NCBI GenBank assembly: GCA_018664825.1
Contig: JABJNO010000024.1
Span: forward strand, 7,204 to 71,203
Origin: Candidatus Parcubacteria bacterium
Lineage (GTDB): Bacteria > Patescibacteriota > Patescibacteriia > UBA1558 > GWA2-36-10
Length of the DNA stretch: 64,000 nt
Direction: 5' to 3'
Position 1 is the first letter of the stretch. Every line of letters begins with the position of its first letter. The notes under the pieces were generated by a model. The model did no database searches, was not told where the DNA came from, and worked only from the letters and a program-made list of their open reading frames with translations. This document shows, piece by piece, positions 17,359-26,802 of the stretch. The position numbers were made by a program, and so were the translations under genes.

Positions 17359-18012
17359 TTATCTGCATTCACAGGCTGGATAATCTGTCTTAGTTGAAAA
17401 ATCAGGACATGGCGGATCCATAGGACTACAACCAGCTGGTACATATATCAATTTGCATTCACAGGCTGGATAATCTGTCAGATAAGCACTACCAATACCT
17501 CTATAACCAATGCAAGATTCAATTGAATTGGAACACTGTGTGCCATCTGGCTCTGGAAGTAAATCATCATTATCTACAATAGCATCATCATCTTCACCTT
17601 TGGGGTTCAAATCATAATCTTCTCCCACCAAACCATCGACTTCTTCTCCTGTGAGTATATCATCGTTTTCTACACACTCTCCAACACTACAATCCTCTGG
17701 ACACTCTTCTAAAAATCTAAGATCTCCCTGACAGGTTCCATTTGAACATACTTGGCCATAGACATCTCCATTGTGACATCTATCACAGTCCAAATCTACA
17801 TTACACTGGTAGACCGGCACTGTCACCTCATCCCCAATAGTGACTATGGGTGTTAGCTCGTTTACTACACTATTTGCCTCTTCTATATCTTTGTCAAAAA
17901 ATCCTGGACCAAGATCAAATGGTGCTGGGCTAGTATCATCACCACAACCCGTTATGAGCAAAGGAATAACTAACACAAAAAGTATAAAATATAATTTATT
18001 TATTTTTAGCAT
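17359..18012 (-). CDS. cysteine-rich acidic lipoprotein
   Basis: Lipobox LLITGC; about 20 Cys; C-terminal duplicated TDYPACEC(K/R) encoded by a ~26-bp direct DNA repeat (17363-17395 and 17454-17481). Confidence 0.55.
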   Translation of the reverse strand: MLKINKLYFILFVLVIPLLITGCGDDTSPAPFDLGPGFFDKDIEEANSVVNELTPIVTIGDEVTVPVYQCNVDLDCDRCHNGDVYGQVCSNGTCQGDLRFLEECPEDCSVGECVENDDILTGEEVDGLVGEDYDLNPKGEDDDAIVDNDDLLPEPDGTQCSNSIESCIGYRGIGSAYLTDYPACECKLIYVPAGCSPMDPPCPDFSTKTDYPACECR

Positions 18013-18184
18013 ATTTTTACTTAAATAATAATATGGCCGCAGTCCACCTTACTTGACTTCGCCATTCACATTGAATCTAGCTTATCAAAAAAACAGGATT
18101 ATAACAATCCAGTTCTTTTTGACAGGAACAACAAAACAATACATGAACCTTTTTTAATAACAACGATTAAAGGTCTTGATTATT

Positions 18185-18364
18185 TTATGCTGAAACAACT
18201 TCTTTCTTTACCTTGTGCTTGGCTTTACAATCAATACAATATAGTAGTTGATCTTTTTTTTGAATATTTAGAGTAACTTCAAATAAGTCACTGGACTCTA
18301 CTCCACATTTTTGACAATATCTAGATTGCCCAGTTGCAAATTTTTTTATTTGATCTTTTTTCAT
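18185..18364 (-). CDS. small zinc-ribbon protein (59 aa, below the ORF-track cutoff)
   Basis: MKKDQIKKFATGQSRYCQKCGVESSDLFEVTLNIQKKDQLLYCIDCKAKHKVKKEVVSA with two CxxC pairs. Confidence 0.4.
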   Translation of the reverse strand: MKKDQIKKFATGQSRYCQKCGVESSDLFEVTLNIQKKDQLLYCIDCKAKHKVKKEVVSA

Positions 18365-18495
18365 ATATTTTTATAATTTCAAAATCTTAATAAGCGAGTT
18401 AATCATACCAAAAAAACTCACAAATGTCAATAAAATAAGGCATTTTAAGCTAGTAGAGACAATAGGACGATATTTAGGCCCTTTTTAAAGAATGG

Positions 18496-18526
18496 TTGAC
18501 AAAATTGCTATTTTATAGTAAAAATA
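18496..18526 (+). promoter_or_regulatory. putative sigma-70 promoter TTGACA-17-TAAAAA upstream of the 18577 gene
   Basis: Perfect -35 at 18496-18501; weak -10. Confidence 0.35.
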
Positions 18527-18576
18527 TAACCCTGTCATAACCATATGACATGTTCCTACAATAGAAAGTGATAATC

Positions 18577-18894
18577 ATGCCACAAAAGAAACACCTTTTC
18601 TTCTCAGCTCGACAGAACGCACATTCTACTGGTGACGGACTCATTCTCTGGTACGTAAAAGAGGACGAAGAATGCCCAGGAGTACCAGAGCTTGTAGAGG
18701 TATCAGAAGTTATGGAAGTTCATGAAAATGAGCCAATCCCGACAAGTACTTGGGATGACGCCAAGTATCTAGGGATCGGAGCCTTCCATCAAAAAGGACC
18801 TGGATTTGCAACTACAGATTTTTCCCCCAACGACACGGATGATTTAGCCGCTGACCTTGCTAGCGATTATCCCTTCTATGATGTCTATGAATAA
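18577..18894 (+). CDS. hypothetical acidic protein (GC-richer islet)
   Basis: SD GAAAGTGATAATC-ATG (track ORF begins 9 nt earlier); followed by two hairpin terminators 18920-18995. Confidence 0.45.
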   Translation: MPQKKHLFFSARQNAHSTGDGLILWYVKEDEECPGVPELVEVSEVMEVHENEPIPTSTWDDAKYLGIGAFHQKGPGFATTDFSPNDTDDLAADLASDYPFYDVYE

Positions 18895-19004
18895 GTCTCT
18901 ACGGAGACAGGTTCCCCCGAGCGCCCACCTATAAAGGGTGCTCATTTTTTTATTTAAAAAAACAAGCTTTACAGCTTGCTTCTTATTTTTGTATTTGTAT
19001 AAAA

Positions 19005-19606
19005 TTAATGGTTCCGTGGACCTAATAGCCAGTATGGCGTCAGCGCGCCAACACCGTTACCTTCTTCATAAACAGTGTCCTCTCGCCCTCCATCATTTGC
19101 CATCTTATACGCGCCAGCTTCAAGGTAGGTAGCTATAATATATGTTTGCCTATCTGCAGTAACATGATAAAGATAGCCCCGCCCCAAATCATCCCAGACA
19201 GTTTGTCCTTCCACTAGTGATGGATCTAGAGGGCATGATGTATGAAGTAAGCCCATACTAAATAGCCCACCAATTGGTAAACCATCACAGTTATCCTCTG
19301 GCGGGTTTACCCCAGTGCCATTTAAAAATCCTTCTACGTCAGCAGTTGGATTAGGACCACAACTTAAATTTGAATCCTTTGTCCCCCCATTAACATCCTC
19401 TGCATCACCACAAGGATATACGCCATAGTGTTCATAATATATTTTCAAAGCAAGTCGAAAATCATCTAACTCATGAAGACGTACAGCATCACGAGCCTTG
19501 GCTTTGACGGTATTTAAATTTATTATAGACACAGTAGAGAGTATTCCAATAATAGCAATTACAACTAACAATTCGACAAGCGTAAAACCTAATTTATTAT
19601 GTGCCA
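19005..19606 (-). CDS. type IV pilin-like protein (prepilin N-terminal cleavage/methylation domain), solitary copy
   Basis: MAHNKLGFTLVELLVVIAIIGIL; start trimmed from 19652 to the ATG at 19606. Confidence 0.75.
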
Positions 19607-19653
19607 TTATTTTATACATAAATTTATTATACCAGAAAAATAAAAAGTTCAAA

Positions 19654-19718
19654 AGTTACTTTAGGGTAACAAAAAAACAGGATTAAAAATCCAGTTCTTT
19701 TGGCAGGGGCGGTGGGAC
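19654..19718. repeat. ~65-bp repeat, copy 1: AAGTTCAAAAGTTACTTTAGGGTAACAAAAAAACAGGATTAAAAATCCAGTTCTTTTGGCAGGGG (includes a copy of the tRNA-Trp 3' end CCCCTGCCA)
   Basis: Near-identical to 20414-20480; degenerate third copy around 18095-18140. Confidence 0.7.
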
Positions 19719-19826
19719 GATGTTAGAACCTTTATTGACAAAAATAAAGATATATAGCATTATAATATGATTTGTTCAATTGGTTCATTACATGGTTGCT
19801 AAGCAACCTTTTCCGGAGGTAAAGAA

Positions 19827-20360
19827 ATGAAGGTAACTGTTCTTGTTTTAGGTCTTGTGATTCTCTTGGGTGGTGTGCTTTTTAAAGAAGGTATTGCCGT
19901 TGTCTTGGGCACTCTACTGTTTATAGGTAGCATAACAAGCTTTTCAAAACCAAAACACCGTAACAACCCCCCTACTAATAAGCGTCATCTTAATGATTCA
20001 AAAAGAAGGGACGACTTAACCGAGGCTGAGCTACTAGCTCTTCAAGAAACTATAGAAAACTATCTTTTTGAAAGATTTAATACAATCAGATTATCTGGTG
20101 TATCTAGATATCCAAAGATAGGTGAAGTTTTTTTGATAAACCATATAAGCTGTAGGGAAGATGTATCTAAACGTCTAGTAGGCAAAGCCTTAAAAGCTAT
20201 CGTGGTAGATTATGGTTCACCTAATTATTTTTCTGCTTGTTTTGTTGGAGATAATAAGGCTATTTGGGATCTACCATATCCACATAACAAAAAAAACATA
20301 GGACCTGGACCCAAATTCGAAGAAAAAATTAGACACCGAAAAAACCGACATAAGACCTGA
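19827..20360 (+). CDS. membrane-anchored hypothetical protein (177 aa)
   Basis: SD GGAGGTAAAGAA-ATG; N-terminal TM VLVLGLVILLGGVLF; sits between the two 65-bp repeats. Confidence 0.5.
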   Translation: MKVTVLVLGLVILLGGVLFKEGIAVVLGTLLFIGSITSFSKPKHRNNPPTNKRHLNDSKRRDDLTEAELLALQETIENYLFERFNTIRLSGVSRYPKIGEVFLINHISCREDVSKRLVGKALKAIVVDYGSPNYFSACFVGDNKAIWDLPYPHNKKNIGPGPKFEEKIRHRKNRHKT

Positions 20361-20413
20361 GTAAGTCTCAAGAACTACTCCCCCTGTACATCGCGTGCGG
20401 GGTTTTTTATTTA

Positions 20414-20480
20414 AAAAGTTCGAAAGTTACTTTAGGGTAACAAAAAAACAGGATTAAAAATCCAGTTCTTTTGGCAGGGG
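20414..20480. repeat. ~65-bp repeat, copy 2, the native tRNA-Trp trailer/terminator (GGATTAAAAATCC hairpin plus T-tract)
   Basis: Abuts and overlaps the 3' end of tRNA-Trp. Confidence 0.7.
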
Positions 20481-20548
20481 TACTAGGATTCGAACCCAGT
20501 CTTGTGGTTTTGGAGACCACCGTGCTAGCCAATTGACACTATACCCCC
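20472..20548 (-). tRNA. tRNA-Trp (anticodon CCA), CCA end encoded
   Basis: GGGGGTATAGTGTCAATTGGCTAGCACGGTGGTCTCCAAAACCACAAGACTGGGTTCGAATCCTAGTACCCCTGCCA folds as a cloverleaf; anticodon loop CUCCAAA. Confidence 0.85.
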
Positions 20549-20576
20549 TCGACACAATACTCCCAAAAAATTGAGA

Positions 20577-20732
20577 TTATTTAGTCTCTTTGTGTTGTGT
20601 ATGGTTTTTACACTTTTGACAATATTTTTTAAGCTCCAATCTTTCCTTTACCATCTTTTTGTTGCGATGGCTGTGATAGTTTATACTATGACATTCAGTA
20701 CATTCAAGCTTTGCTAGATTATCTTGTGACAT
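20577..20732 (-). CDS. rpmG: 50S ribosomal protein L33 (51 aa, below the ORF-track cutoff)
   Basis: [51 protein letters not shown] with CxxC...CxxC and [10 protein letters not shown] hallmark. Confidence 0.85.
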   Translation of the reverse strand: MSQDNLAKLECTECHSINYHSHRNKKMVKERLELKKYCQKCKNHTQHKETK

Positions 20733-20757
20733 ATCGTTTTTATTACTTAAATAAATC

Positions 20758-20833
20758 TGGAGCCATCCGTCGGACTCGAACCGACGACCGACGGTTTACA
20801 AAACCGTTGCTCTACCAACTGAGCTAGGATGGC
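20758..20833 (-). tRNA. tRNA-Thr (anticodon UGU), CCA end encoded
   Basis: GCCATCCTAGCTCAGTTGGTAGAGCAACGGTTTTGTAAACCGTCGGTCGTCGGTTCGAGTCCGACGGATGGCTCCA. Confidence 0.85.
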
Positions 20834-20979
20834 AAATATATTAAATAATCACCCTTTATCAAGAGTATAATATAAGGATAACGGGATAAATTATAGACAA
20901 ATACAGAAGAAAAGTCAAGATGTAGTGTGCGCCTTCACTTTTAAATAAAATCACCCTTGTAAAACAAGGGTGATATGTT

Positions 20980-21177
20980 TTAAGAAGATTTCTTTTCGGA
21001 CAAAACTTTGATAATTTCATCAGTTTCACCGCCCCTGATTACACCTACCAAGCTTACCCGTCCAGTGTCGTGTTGCTCATACCAACGACGACAAATTTCG
21101 GTAGCTGAAGCAGATATACCCATCGGCTCCTTGTGAAATGTACCATCTTGCCTTCTGACAATTGCCAACCAATTCAT
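20980..21177 (-). CDS. hypothetical protein (65 aa), last gene of the heat-shock operon
   Basis: SD AAAGGAGATAACC-ATG; followed by terminator hairpin 20941-20975. Confidence 0.4.
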   Translation of the reverse strand: MNWLAIVRRQDGTFHKEPMGISASATEICRRWYEQHDTGRVSLVGVIRGGETDEIIKVLSEKKSS

Positions 21178-21211
21178 GGTTATCTCCTTTGTTTGAGTGT
21201 GCGATTATGAA

Positions 21212-22312
21212 TTAAAACCAAGATTTTTTATCTTTTATTAATTCTTTATTTAATTCTTCCAACAACTGTTTTTGTTTTTTACTCAGTTTGGTCGGAACAT
21301 CTACATTGATTATCACTACTTGATCTCCTCTACCTCGGCTTTTTAGCCTATTTACTCCTTTGCCTTTGAGGATAAACTTTTTAGCACTTGGCGTACCAGC
21401 TGGAATCTTTAACTTTACTTTACCATCTATAGTTTTGACCTCTATCTGACTGCCCAGCGCTGCCATAGTAAAAGGTATATCATATTCTGAGATTAAATCA
21501 AATCCTTGTCGCTCAAATCCTTTTTCTGCAACAACTACTATATTTGCATAGAGATCACCAGCAGGAGCTCCATTTTTGCCTGCATTACCTTGTCCTGCTA
21601 GGCGGATAGCTTGTCCATTGTCTATGCCGGCTGGTATTTCTACATTGATATCTACATTTTCAGTAGTCACTCCAGTAGCGCTACAATTCCCACATTTATC
21701 CTTGATAGTTTTGCCTTGACCCTTACAGTCTGGGCAGACAGTCTGCATACGAAAAGTACCAAGTACAGTTGTACTTATTCGACCACTACCAGCACAAGAC
21801 TTACATTGATCAAAAGAATCTCCTTTGTCTGCTCCTGTACCTTTACAAGGTTCGCAAGAATTTTCTTTTCGGATAGAAATATTTTTGGAAGTACCAAAGA
21901 CTGCTTCTTTGAGAGATATATCTAATTCTACTTCTATATCAGTACCTCTGTTGGCACGACCGCCTCCGGCTGGTCCGCCACCACCAAACATACTACCAAA
22001 AATATCCCCCAAATCAAAATCTGCATTTTGACCGCCACCAAAACCCTGGGAAAAATCAAAACCCTGTCCAAAAGGATTACCGCCACCCATACCACCTTGG
22101 CCATCAAAGGTAGTGCCAAACTGATCGTATTGTTGGCGCTTTTCTTTGTTGCCTAGGACCTGATAGGCTTCATTTATCTCTTTGAACTTTTCAATATCTC
22201 CACTGGCTTTATCAGGATGATGCTCGTGAGCAAGTTTGCGAAAGGCGCGCTTGATATCAGCATCATTCGCACCTTTCTCAACTCCTAATATTTTGTAATA
22301 ATCTTTTCCCAT
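21212..22312 (-). CDS. dnaJ: molecular chaperone DnaJ
   Basis: J domain YYKILGV..HPDK, G/F-rich linker, four CxxCxGxG zinc-finger repeats. Confidence 0.95.
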   Translation of the reverse strand: MGKDYYKILGVEKGANDADIKRAFRKLAHEHHPDKASGDIEKFKEINEAYQVLGNKEKRQQYDQFGTTFDGQGGMGGGNPFGQGFDFSQGFGGGQNADFDLGDIFGSMFGGGGPAGGGRANRGTDIEVELDISLKEAVFGTSKNISIRKENSCEPCKGTGADKGDSFDQCKSCAGSGRISTTVLGTFRMQTVCPDCKGQGKTIKDKCGNCSATGVTTENVDINVEIPAGIDNGQAIRLAGQGNAGKNGAPAGDLYANIVVVAEKGFERQGFDLISEYDIPFTMAALGSQIEVKTIDGKVKLKIPAGTPSAKKFILKGKGVNRLKSRGRGDQVVIINVDVPTKLSKKQKQLLEELNKELIKDKKSWF

Positions 22313-24243
22313 TATTTTTTATCGTCTTTCTTGTCTTCGTCCTTTACTTCTTCAAAATCACCTTCAACAGCGTCTTTGTCGGATTTTTTGTCATCATCTG
22401 ACTTGGTCTCTGCTTCTGGTCCAGCAGCTCCTGCAGATTGGGCTTGTTGCTGATACATAGCTGCACCAATTTTTTGTACAGCTTCATCCATCTCGGTCAT
22501 GGCTGATTTGATAGGTTCTAGCTCTTTGCCATCTTTTACTTTTTTCAAAGCTTCCATCTTTTCTTCCATTATTTTCTTGTCTTCGTCTTTGATTTTATCT
22601 TTGTTCTCTTTGATAAACTTTTCGGTTTGGAAAATAATATTTTCTGCATTATTTCTGACTTCAACTTCTTCTTTCTTTTTTTTGTCTTCTTCGGCATTTA
22701 ACTCAGCGTCTTTTTGCATCTTGTCTACTTCTTCTTCACTGAGACCAGATGAAGACTTGATTGTAATTGATTGTTCTTTGTTGGTTGCTTTGTCTGCAGC
22801 TTTTACATTCAAAATACCATTGGCATCTATATCAAAACTTACTTCTACTTGTGGGACACCACGTGGTGCTGGAGGGATACCAGACAAAGTAAATTTACCC
22901 AAAGTCTTGTTATCAGCTGCCATCTCACGCTCACCTTGTAAGACATGGATTTCTACCGTGTCTTGATGATCAGCGGCAGTAGAAAAGATTTGAGTCTTGC
23001 TAGCTGGGATAGTAGTGTTTCTTTCTATCAATGGAGTACGTACACCACCCAAAGTCTCAATACCTAGAGTAAGTGGAGTAACATCCAGCAACAATACATC
23101 TTTGACATCACCCTGCAAAACACCAGCTTGGACAGCGGCCCCAAGAGCTACTACTTCGTCAGGATTGACTGAGATATTTGGTTTTTTACCAAAAAATTCT
23201 TCCACTTTTTGCAAAACCAATGGCATACGAGTCATACCACCGACCAATATCACTTCTTCTATGTCGCTAGTGCTCAAATTTGCGTCTTTTAGAGCTTTTT
23301 CACATGGTTTTAGGGTATCTGCCACCAAATCTCCAACTAGCTCTTCTAGCTTGGCTCTAGTCATTTTCATGACCAAATGTTTTGGTCCTGACTCATCGGT
23401 TGTGATAAATGGTTGATTGATTTCTGTTTCCATAGATGATGAAAGCTCGATCTTTGCTTTTTCGGCTGACTCTTTGAGTCTTTGCAAAGCAAGAGGATCT
23501 TTTGATAGGTCCATGCCTTCTTGTTTTTTGTATTCATCCAAAATCCAATTGATAATCACTTGATCAAAATCATCGCCACCAAGGTGAGTATCACCGTTGG
23601 TTGATTTTACTTCGACAGTATCAGCTGAGACATCCAAAATAGAAATATCAAATGTACCACCACCCAAATCATAAACAGCAATCTGTTGATCTTTCTTTTT
23701 ATCAAAACCATAAGCTAAAGCAGCTGCAGTCGGCTCGTTGATAATACGTTTTACTTCAAGGCCTGCTATTTTACCAGCATCCTTGGTAGCTTGTCTTTGT
23801 CCATCATCAAAATAAGCAGGTACAGTAATCACAGCTTCTTTTACTTCTTCACCTAGACGTTCTTCGGCATCGGCTTTGATTTTTTGTAAAATCATAGCAG
23901 AGACTTCTTGGGGACTATGTTCTTTGTCTCCCATTTTTACTTTGACACCTTCGCCTGCTTGGACGATTTTATAAGACATAGTCTCTACATCTTTTTTGAT
24001 TTCAGCATCAGAAAATTTTCTACCAATCAAACGTTTTACAGAAAAAACTGTATTTTCTGGATTGGTGACAGCCTGACGCTTGGCTGGTAGACCCACTAGT
24101 CTTTCGCCATTTTTTGAAATGGCTACCATAGAAGGAGTGGTCCTACTACCCTCTTTATTTTCCAGGATCTTTGGTTTTCCTCCCTCAATCACAGCAAAGG
24201 CTGAGTTGGTTGTTCCTAGGTCAATTCCAATAATTTTACTCAT
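22312..24243 (-). CDS. dnaK: molecular chaperone DnaK (Hsp70)
   Basis: [18 protein letters not shown], canonical Hsp70 throughout; acidic C-tail. Confidence 0.97.
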   Translation of the reverse strand: MSKIIGIDLGTTNSAFAVIEGGKPKILENKEGSRTTPSMVAISKNGERLVGLPAKRQAVTNPENTVFSVKRLIGRKFSDAEIKKDVETMSYKIVQAGEGVKVKMGDKEHSPQEVSAMILQKIKADAEERLGEEVKEAVITVPAYFDDGQRQATKDAGKIAGLEVKRIINEPTAAALAYGFDKKKDQQIAVYDLGGGTFDISILDVSADTVEVKSTNGDTHLGGDDFDQVIINWILDEYKKQEGMDLSKDPLALQRLKESAEKAKIELSSSMETEINQPFITTDESGPKHLVMKMTRAKLEELVGDLVADTLKPCEKALKDANLSTSDIEEVILVGGMTRMPLVLQKVEEFFGKKPNISVNPDEVVALGAAVQAGVLQGDVKDVLLLDVTPLTLGIETLGGVRTPLIERNTTIPASKTQIFSTAADHQDTVEIHVLQGEREMAADNKTLGKFTLSGIPPAPRGVPQVEVSFDIDANGILNVKAADKATNKEQSITIKSSSGLSEEEVDKMQKDAELNAEEDKKKKEEVEVRNNAENIIFQTEKFIKENKDKIKDEDKKIMEEKMEALKKVKDGKELEPIKSAMTEMDEAVQKIGAAMYQQQAQSAGAAGPEAETKSDDDKKSDKDAVEGDFEEVKDEDKKDDKK

Positions 24244-24252
24244 ATTTTTATA

Positions 24253-24588
24253 TTATATTAATTTTTTAAAATTGTTTACTAATTCTTTTTTTGACAACAG
24301 GTGTTGGATATCCAAAACATCATCGTCATTTATACCGTCTCCATCTGCAAACTCCAAAACTTCTTGAGGAGTCAGATCAGTCAAGATGGCATTGCCAATC
24401 ACGCCTTGTGGCAATGAAGCAAATTTGGTAAGCAAATTGGCACCACAACTTTTGCAAGTAGCATAAGTCAGTACCCCATATTCACTTTCATCCAAAACTT
24501 GAATCATTGATTGTTGATAATCAACATTGCAAATCGGACATTTTTTTATCAACCGCAGATTGAGCGGTGAATTCATATTGGTCATCAT
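24253..24588 (-). CDS. zinc-ribbon hypothetical protein embedded in the heat-shock operon
   Basis: CPICN...CKSCG pairs; acidic C-terminus; tightly packed between hsp20 and dnaK. Confidence 0.45.
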   Translation of the reverse strand: MMTNMNSPLNLRLIKKCPICNVDYQQSMIQVLDESEYGVLTYATCKSCGANLLTKFASLPQGVIGNAILTDLTPQEVLEFADGDGINDDDVLDIQHLLSKKELVNNFKKLI

Positions 24589-24984
24589 TTATTTATCTAT
24601 ATTAATTTTAATATTTTTTGGTTTAGACTCTGTTTCTTTTGGCAACAATACTTTGAGCATGCCATTTTCAAACTTGGCCTTGGCTTTGTCTGCTTGGACA
24701 GAAGCTGGCAAGATTACACTACGATGAAAAGAACCACTTCGTACTTCTTTGCGATAATAATTTTTTTCATCAATTTCACTAGAAGTCTGACGTTTACCTT
24801 CTAAAGTAAGTACATCATCATGCACATTGATTTCTACTTCTTCTGGTTTGATGCCCGCCAATGTTGCTTCTACAATCACATTGTCTTTTTCTTCATAGAC
24901 ATCTATAGCTGGTACAAAATTTGTAAAACCCTTTTCTAGACTATCAAATGTGTCCAAAAATGGACTCCATGGTATCAACGACAT
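24589..24984 (-). CDS. Hsp20/alpha-crystallin family small heat-shock protein
   Basis: PAIDVYEEKDNVIVEATLAGIKPEEVEINV..AKFENGMLKVLLPK. Confidence 0.9.
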   Translation of the reverse strand: MSLIPWSPFLDTFDSLEKGFTNFVPAIDVYEEKDNVIVEATLAGIKPEEVEINVHDDVLTLEGKRQTSSEIDEKNYYRKEVRSGSFHRSVILPASVQADKAKAKFENGMLKVLLPKETESKPKNIKINIDK

Positions 24985-24988
24985 ATTT

Positions 24989-25477
24989 TTATTTTAAGTT
25001 ATTAATTATTACTTTTGCTGGACGAACTACTCTGTCCTTTATTTTATAACCAGCCAATTTTTCTTCTACTATTATTTGATCTTTTTGATCTTTCTCATTT
25101 ACCTCACCTATTGATTCGTGTAATGCAGTATCAAACATCTGATCAACTGTTTTTATCATCTCCACTCCATGATCATTCAAAAAGCTTTCCCACATTTTCA
25201 AAATATGTTCTAGGCCTATTGCCCATGATTCTTTTTTTTGGCCTTCTGGAATATGGGTAATAGCTATTTGGTAATTATCAAAGATTGGTAATAGCTCAAG
25301 GATAAAAGTAGCGGTTGTAAACTCACTCATACCCGAGAGACGATTTTCCATTTCTTTTTCAAGGTTTTGATAATCAGCCAAGGCTTTTTGCCAGCCAGCT
25401 AGATTTTCGCCAGCTTTTTGCTCTAGCTCTGCTAATTTATCTTTCTTCTTCACTTTCTTTTCTTTCTTTTCTTTCAT
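24989..25477 (-). CDS. grpE: nucleotide exchange factor GrpE
   Basis: Coiled-coil N-term, FILELLPIFDNYQIA, GVEMIKTVDQMFDTALHESI; start taken at MKEKKEKK (25477) giving an ATGA overlap with the hrcA stop. Confidence 0.8.
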   Translation of the reverse strand: MKEKKEKKVKKKDKLAELEQKAGENLAGWQKALADYQNLEKEMENRLSGMSEFTTATFILELLPIFDNYQIAITHIPEGQKKESWAIGLEHILKMWESFLNDHGVEMIKTVDQMFDTALHESIGEVNEKDQKDQIIVEEKLAGYKIKDRVVRPAKVIINNLK

Positions 25478-25479
25478 AA

Positions 25480-26139
25480 TTATTTTACTATTTTTACTGT
25501 TTCTTCTAAAAATCCCAAAATACGATTGTAGTCCATACGGACTGGACCCAGAACTGCCAAAATTTGCTTGCCAGGCAATGGAGTGATAGCTACTGCGCAA
25601 TCACTTGAAAAAGGATTGTCATCACCTATCAAAAGTTCTGGTTTTTCTATACTACTATATATATCACCCATGGCTTTTTCTAAACTATCTACCACCTGAC
25701 TCATGGACAATACCATCTTGTAGTCTTCAAACTCTGGCTGAGAAAATAAATTGAACAAACCAGTAAAATAAAAACTATTTGGTGCAAAGCCGACAATAGT
25801 AGCCATGTTTGTCTTTTCTACCAAAAGTTTGGCCAATTCACGAATATCATTTTTATAAGCAGATTTCAATTCTGTTCTTTCTTTGGCTGTGGCTTTTTGG
25901 ATTGCCAACAAATTGTCCAAATAATATCTATATCCTTCGATGGTAGGAATACGACCAGCCGAAGTATGTGGCTGCATGATATATCCTAGTTGCTCGAGCT
26001 CAAACATATCATTTCGAATGGTGGCTGGGGAAACATCAAATTTCTTGTCTTCTGACAAGCTCTTGGAGCCAACTGGCCGGGCTGTTTTTATATATATATC
26101 GATGATTTCTTTGAGTAATTTTTGCTTCCTTTTTTCCAT
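25480..26139 (-). CDS. hrcA: heat-inducible transcription repressor HrcA (compact, ~219 aa)
   Basis: KRKQKLLKEIIDIYIKTARPVGSKSL winged-helix N-term; track ORF starts at a TTG inside the CIRCE element, so the ATG at 26139 is preferred. Confidence 0.75.
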   Translation of the reverse strand: MEKRKQKLLKEIIDIYIKTARPVGSKSLSEDKKFDVSPATIRNDMFELEQLGYIMQPHTSAGRIPTIEGYRYYLDNLLAIQKATAKERTELKSAYKNDIRELAKLLVEKTNMATIVGFAPNSFYFTGLFNLFSQPEFEDYKMVLSMSQVVDSLEKAMGDIYSSIEKPELLIGDDNPFSSDCAVAITPLPGKQILAVLGPVRMDYNRILGFLEETVKIVK

Positions 26140-26157
26140 GAAGTTATTATATACAAA

Positions 26158-26184
26158 TTGGCACTCTCCGTCAAGGAGTGCCAA
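26158..26184. promoter_or_regulatory. CIRCE operator TTGGCACTC-N9-GAGTGCCAA
   Basis: Perfect 9-bp inverted repeat with 9-nt spacer, matching the TTAGCACTC-N9-GAGTGCTAA consensus, 19 nt upstream of the hrcA start. Confidence 0.85.
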
Positions 26185-26266
26185 TGAGTAAATTGACTAA
26201 TATACTCCTATCCCCTAATATAAAAATAGTTTACAATTGTTCTCTACAAAAAACGGAGGTAAAACC

Positions 26267-26572
26267 ATGTACATAAACCTGGCTATTTGTTTCGTCGGAC
26301 TCTACTTTGTCCTTCGCTGTATGGGTATCAAAGTATCTCTTGGCAAAAAATGCCCCTGTGATTCTTACCTTACCCTATCGATTAGACGTATTACCCTGAC
26401 TTGTCATCATATATTTCGAAACAATGATGGTGACCTAGAAGAAGTCTGGCAAAGCAAAAAATCTATTCTTCTGTGTGCAAAATGCAGAAAAATAAACACT
26501 GGCAAGTACGCCAATCTGAGCAAAATCAAAATGGAAAGGACAGAATCATGTCAGAACAAAGACGCTCAATAA
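26267..26572 (+). CDS. small Cys-containing membrane protein
   Basis: SD ACGGAGGTAAAACC-ATG; one TM helix; 7 Cys. Confidence 0.4.
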   Translation: MYINLAICFVGLYFVLRCMGIKVSLGKKCPCDSYLTLSIRRITLTCHHIFRNNDGDLEEVWQSKKSILLCAKCRKINTGKYANLSKIKMERTESCQNKDAQ

Positions 26573-26802
26573 AGGAAGTAATCGTGGAACTTAAACAGGT
26601 ATATATTTATGTTTCACTGTTTATCTTTGTAGCCACCTGCCTAATGCTTGTCCCTGGATTTGATTATCCAGAAAACCAAAAAGATCCAATGACTTGGCTC
26701 TGGGTTTGTGCCTTGACCTGGCTACTTGCCAGTATCCTGGTCAGTGCAGCTATTACTATTGGGGATTATTTTAGAAAACCAGAAGAAAATGGAGGTACCT
26801 AA
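26548..26802 (+). CDS. small membrane protein (2 TM)
   Basis: Start taken at MSEQRRSIKE; hydrophobic helices. Confidence 0.35.
   Translation: MSEQRRSIKEVIVELKQVYIYVSLFIFVATCLMLVPGFDYPENQKDPMTWLWVCALTWLLASILVSAAITIGDYFRKPEENGGT

Noticed and set aside
19654-20480. Calling the repeat-flanked 0.8 kb segment an active mobile element
   Set aside because: There is no integrase, transposase or recombinase gene, and the repeats double as terminator hairpins. It is reported only as a possible integration scar.
21611-23416. Several + strand ORFs (21611-21925, 21825-22031, 22499-22966, 22997-23416) and a - ORF (21934-22119) inside dnaJ/dnaK
   Set aside because: They are antisense or alternate-frame to highly conserved chaperone genes, and are low-complexity Ser/Leu-rich translations.
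25480-26184. HrcA ORF starting at TTG 26184
   Set aside because: That TTG lies inside the CIRCE operator; the first ATG (26139) is the plausible start.
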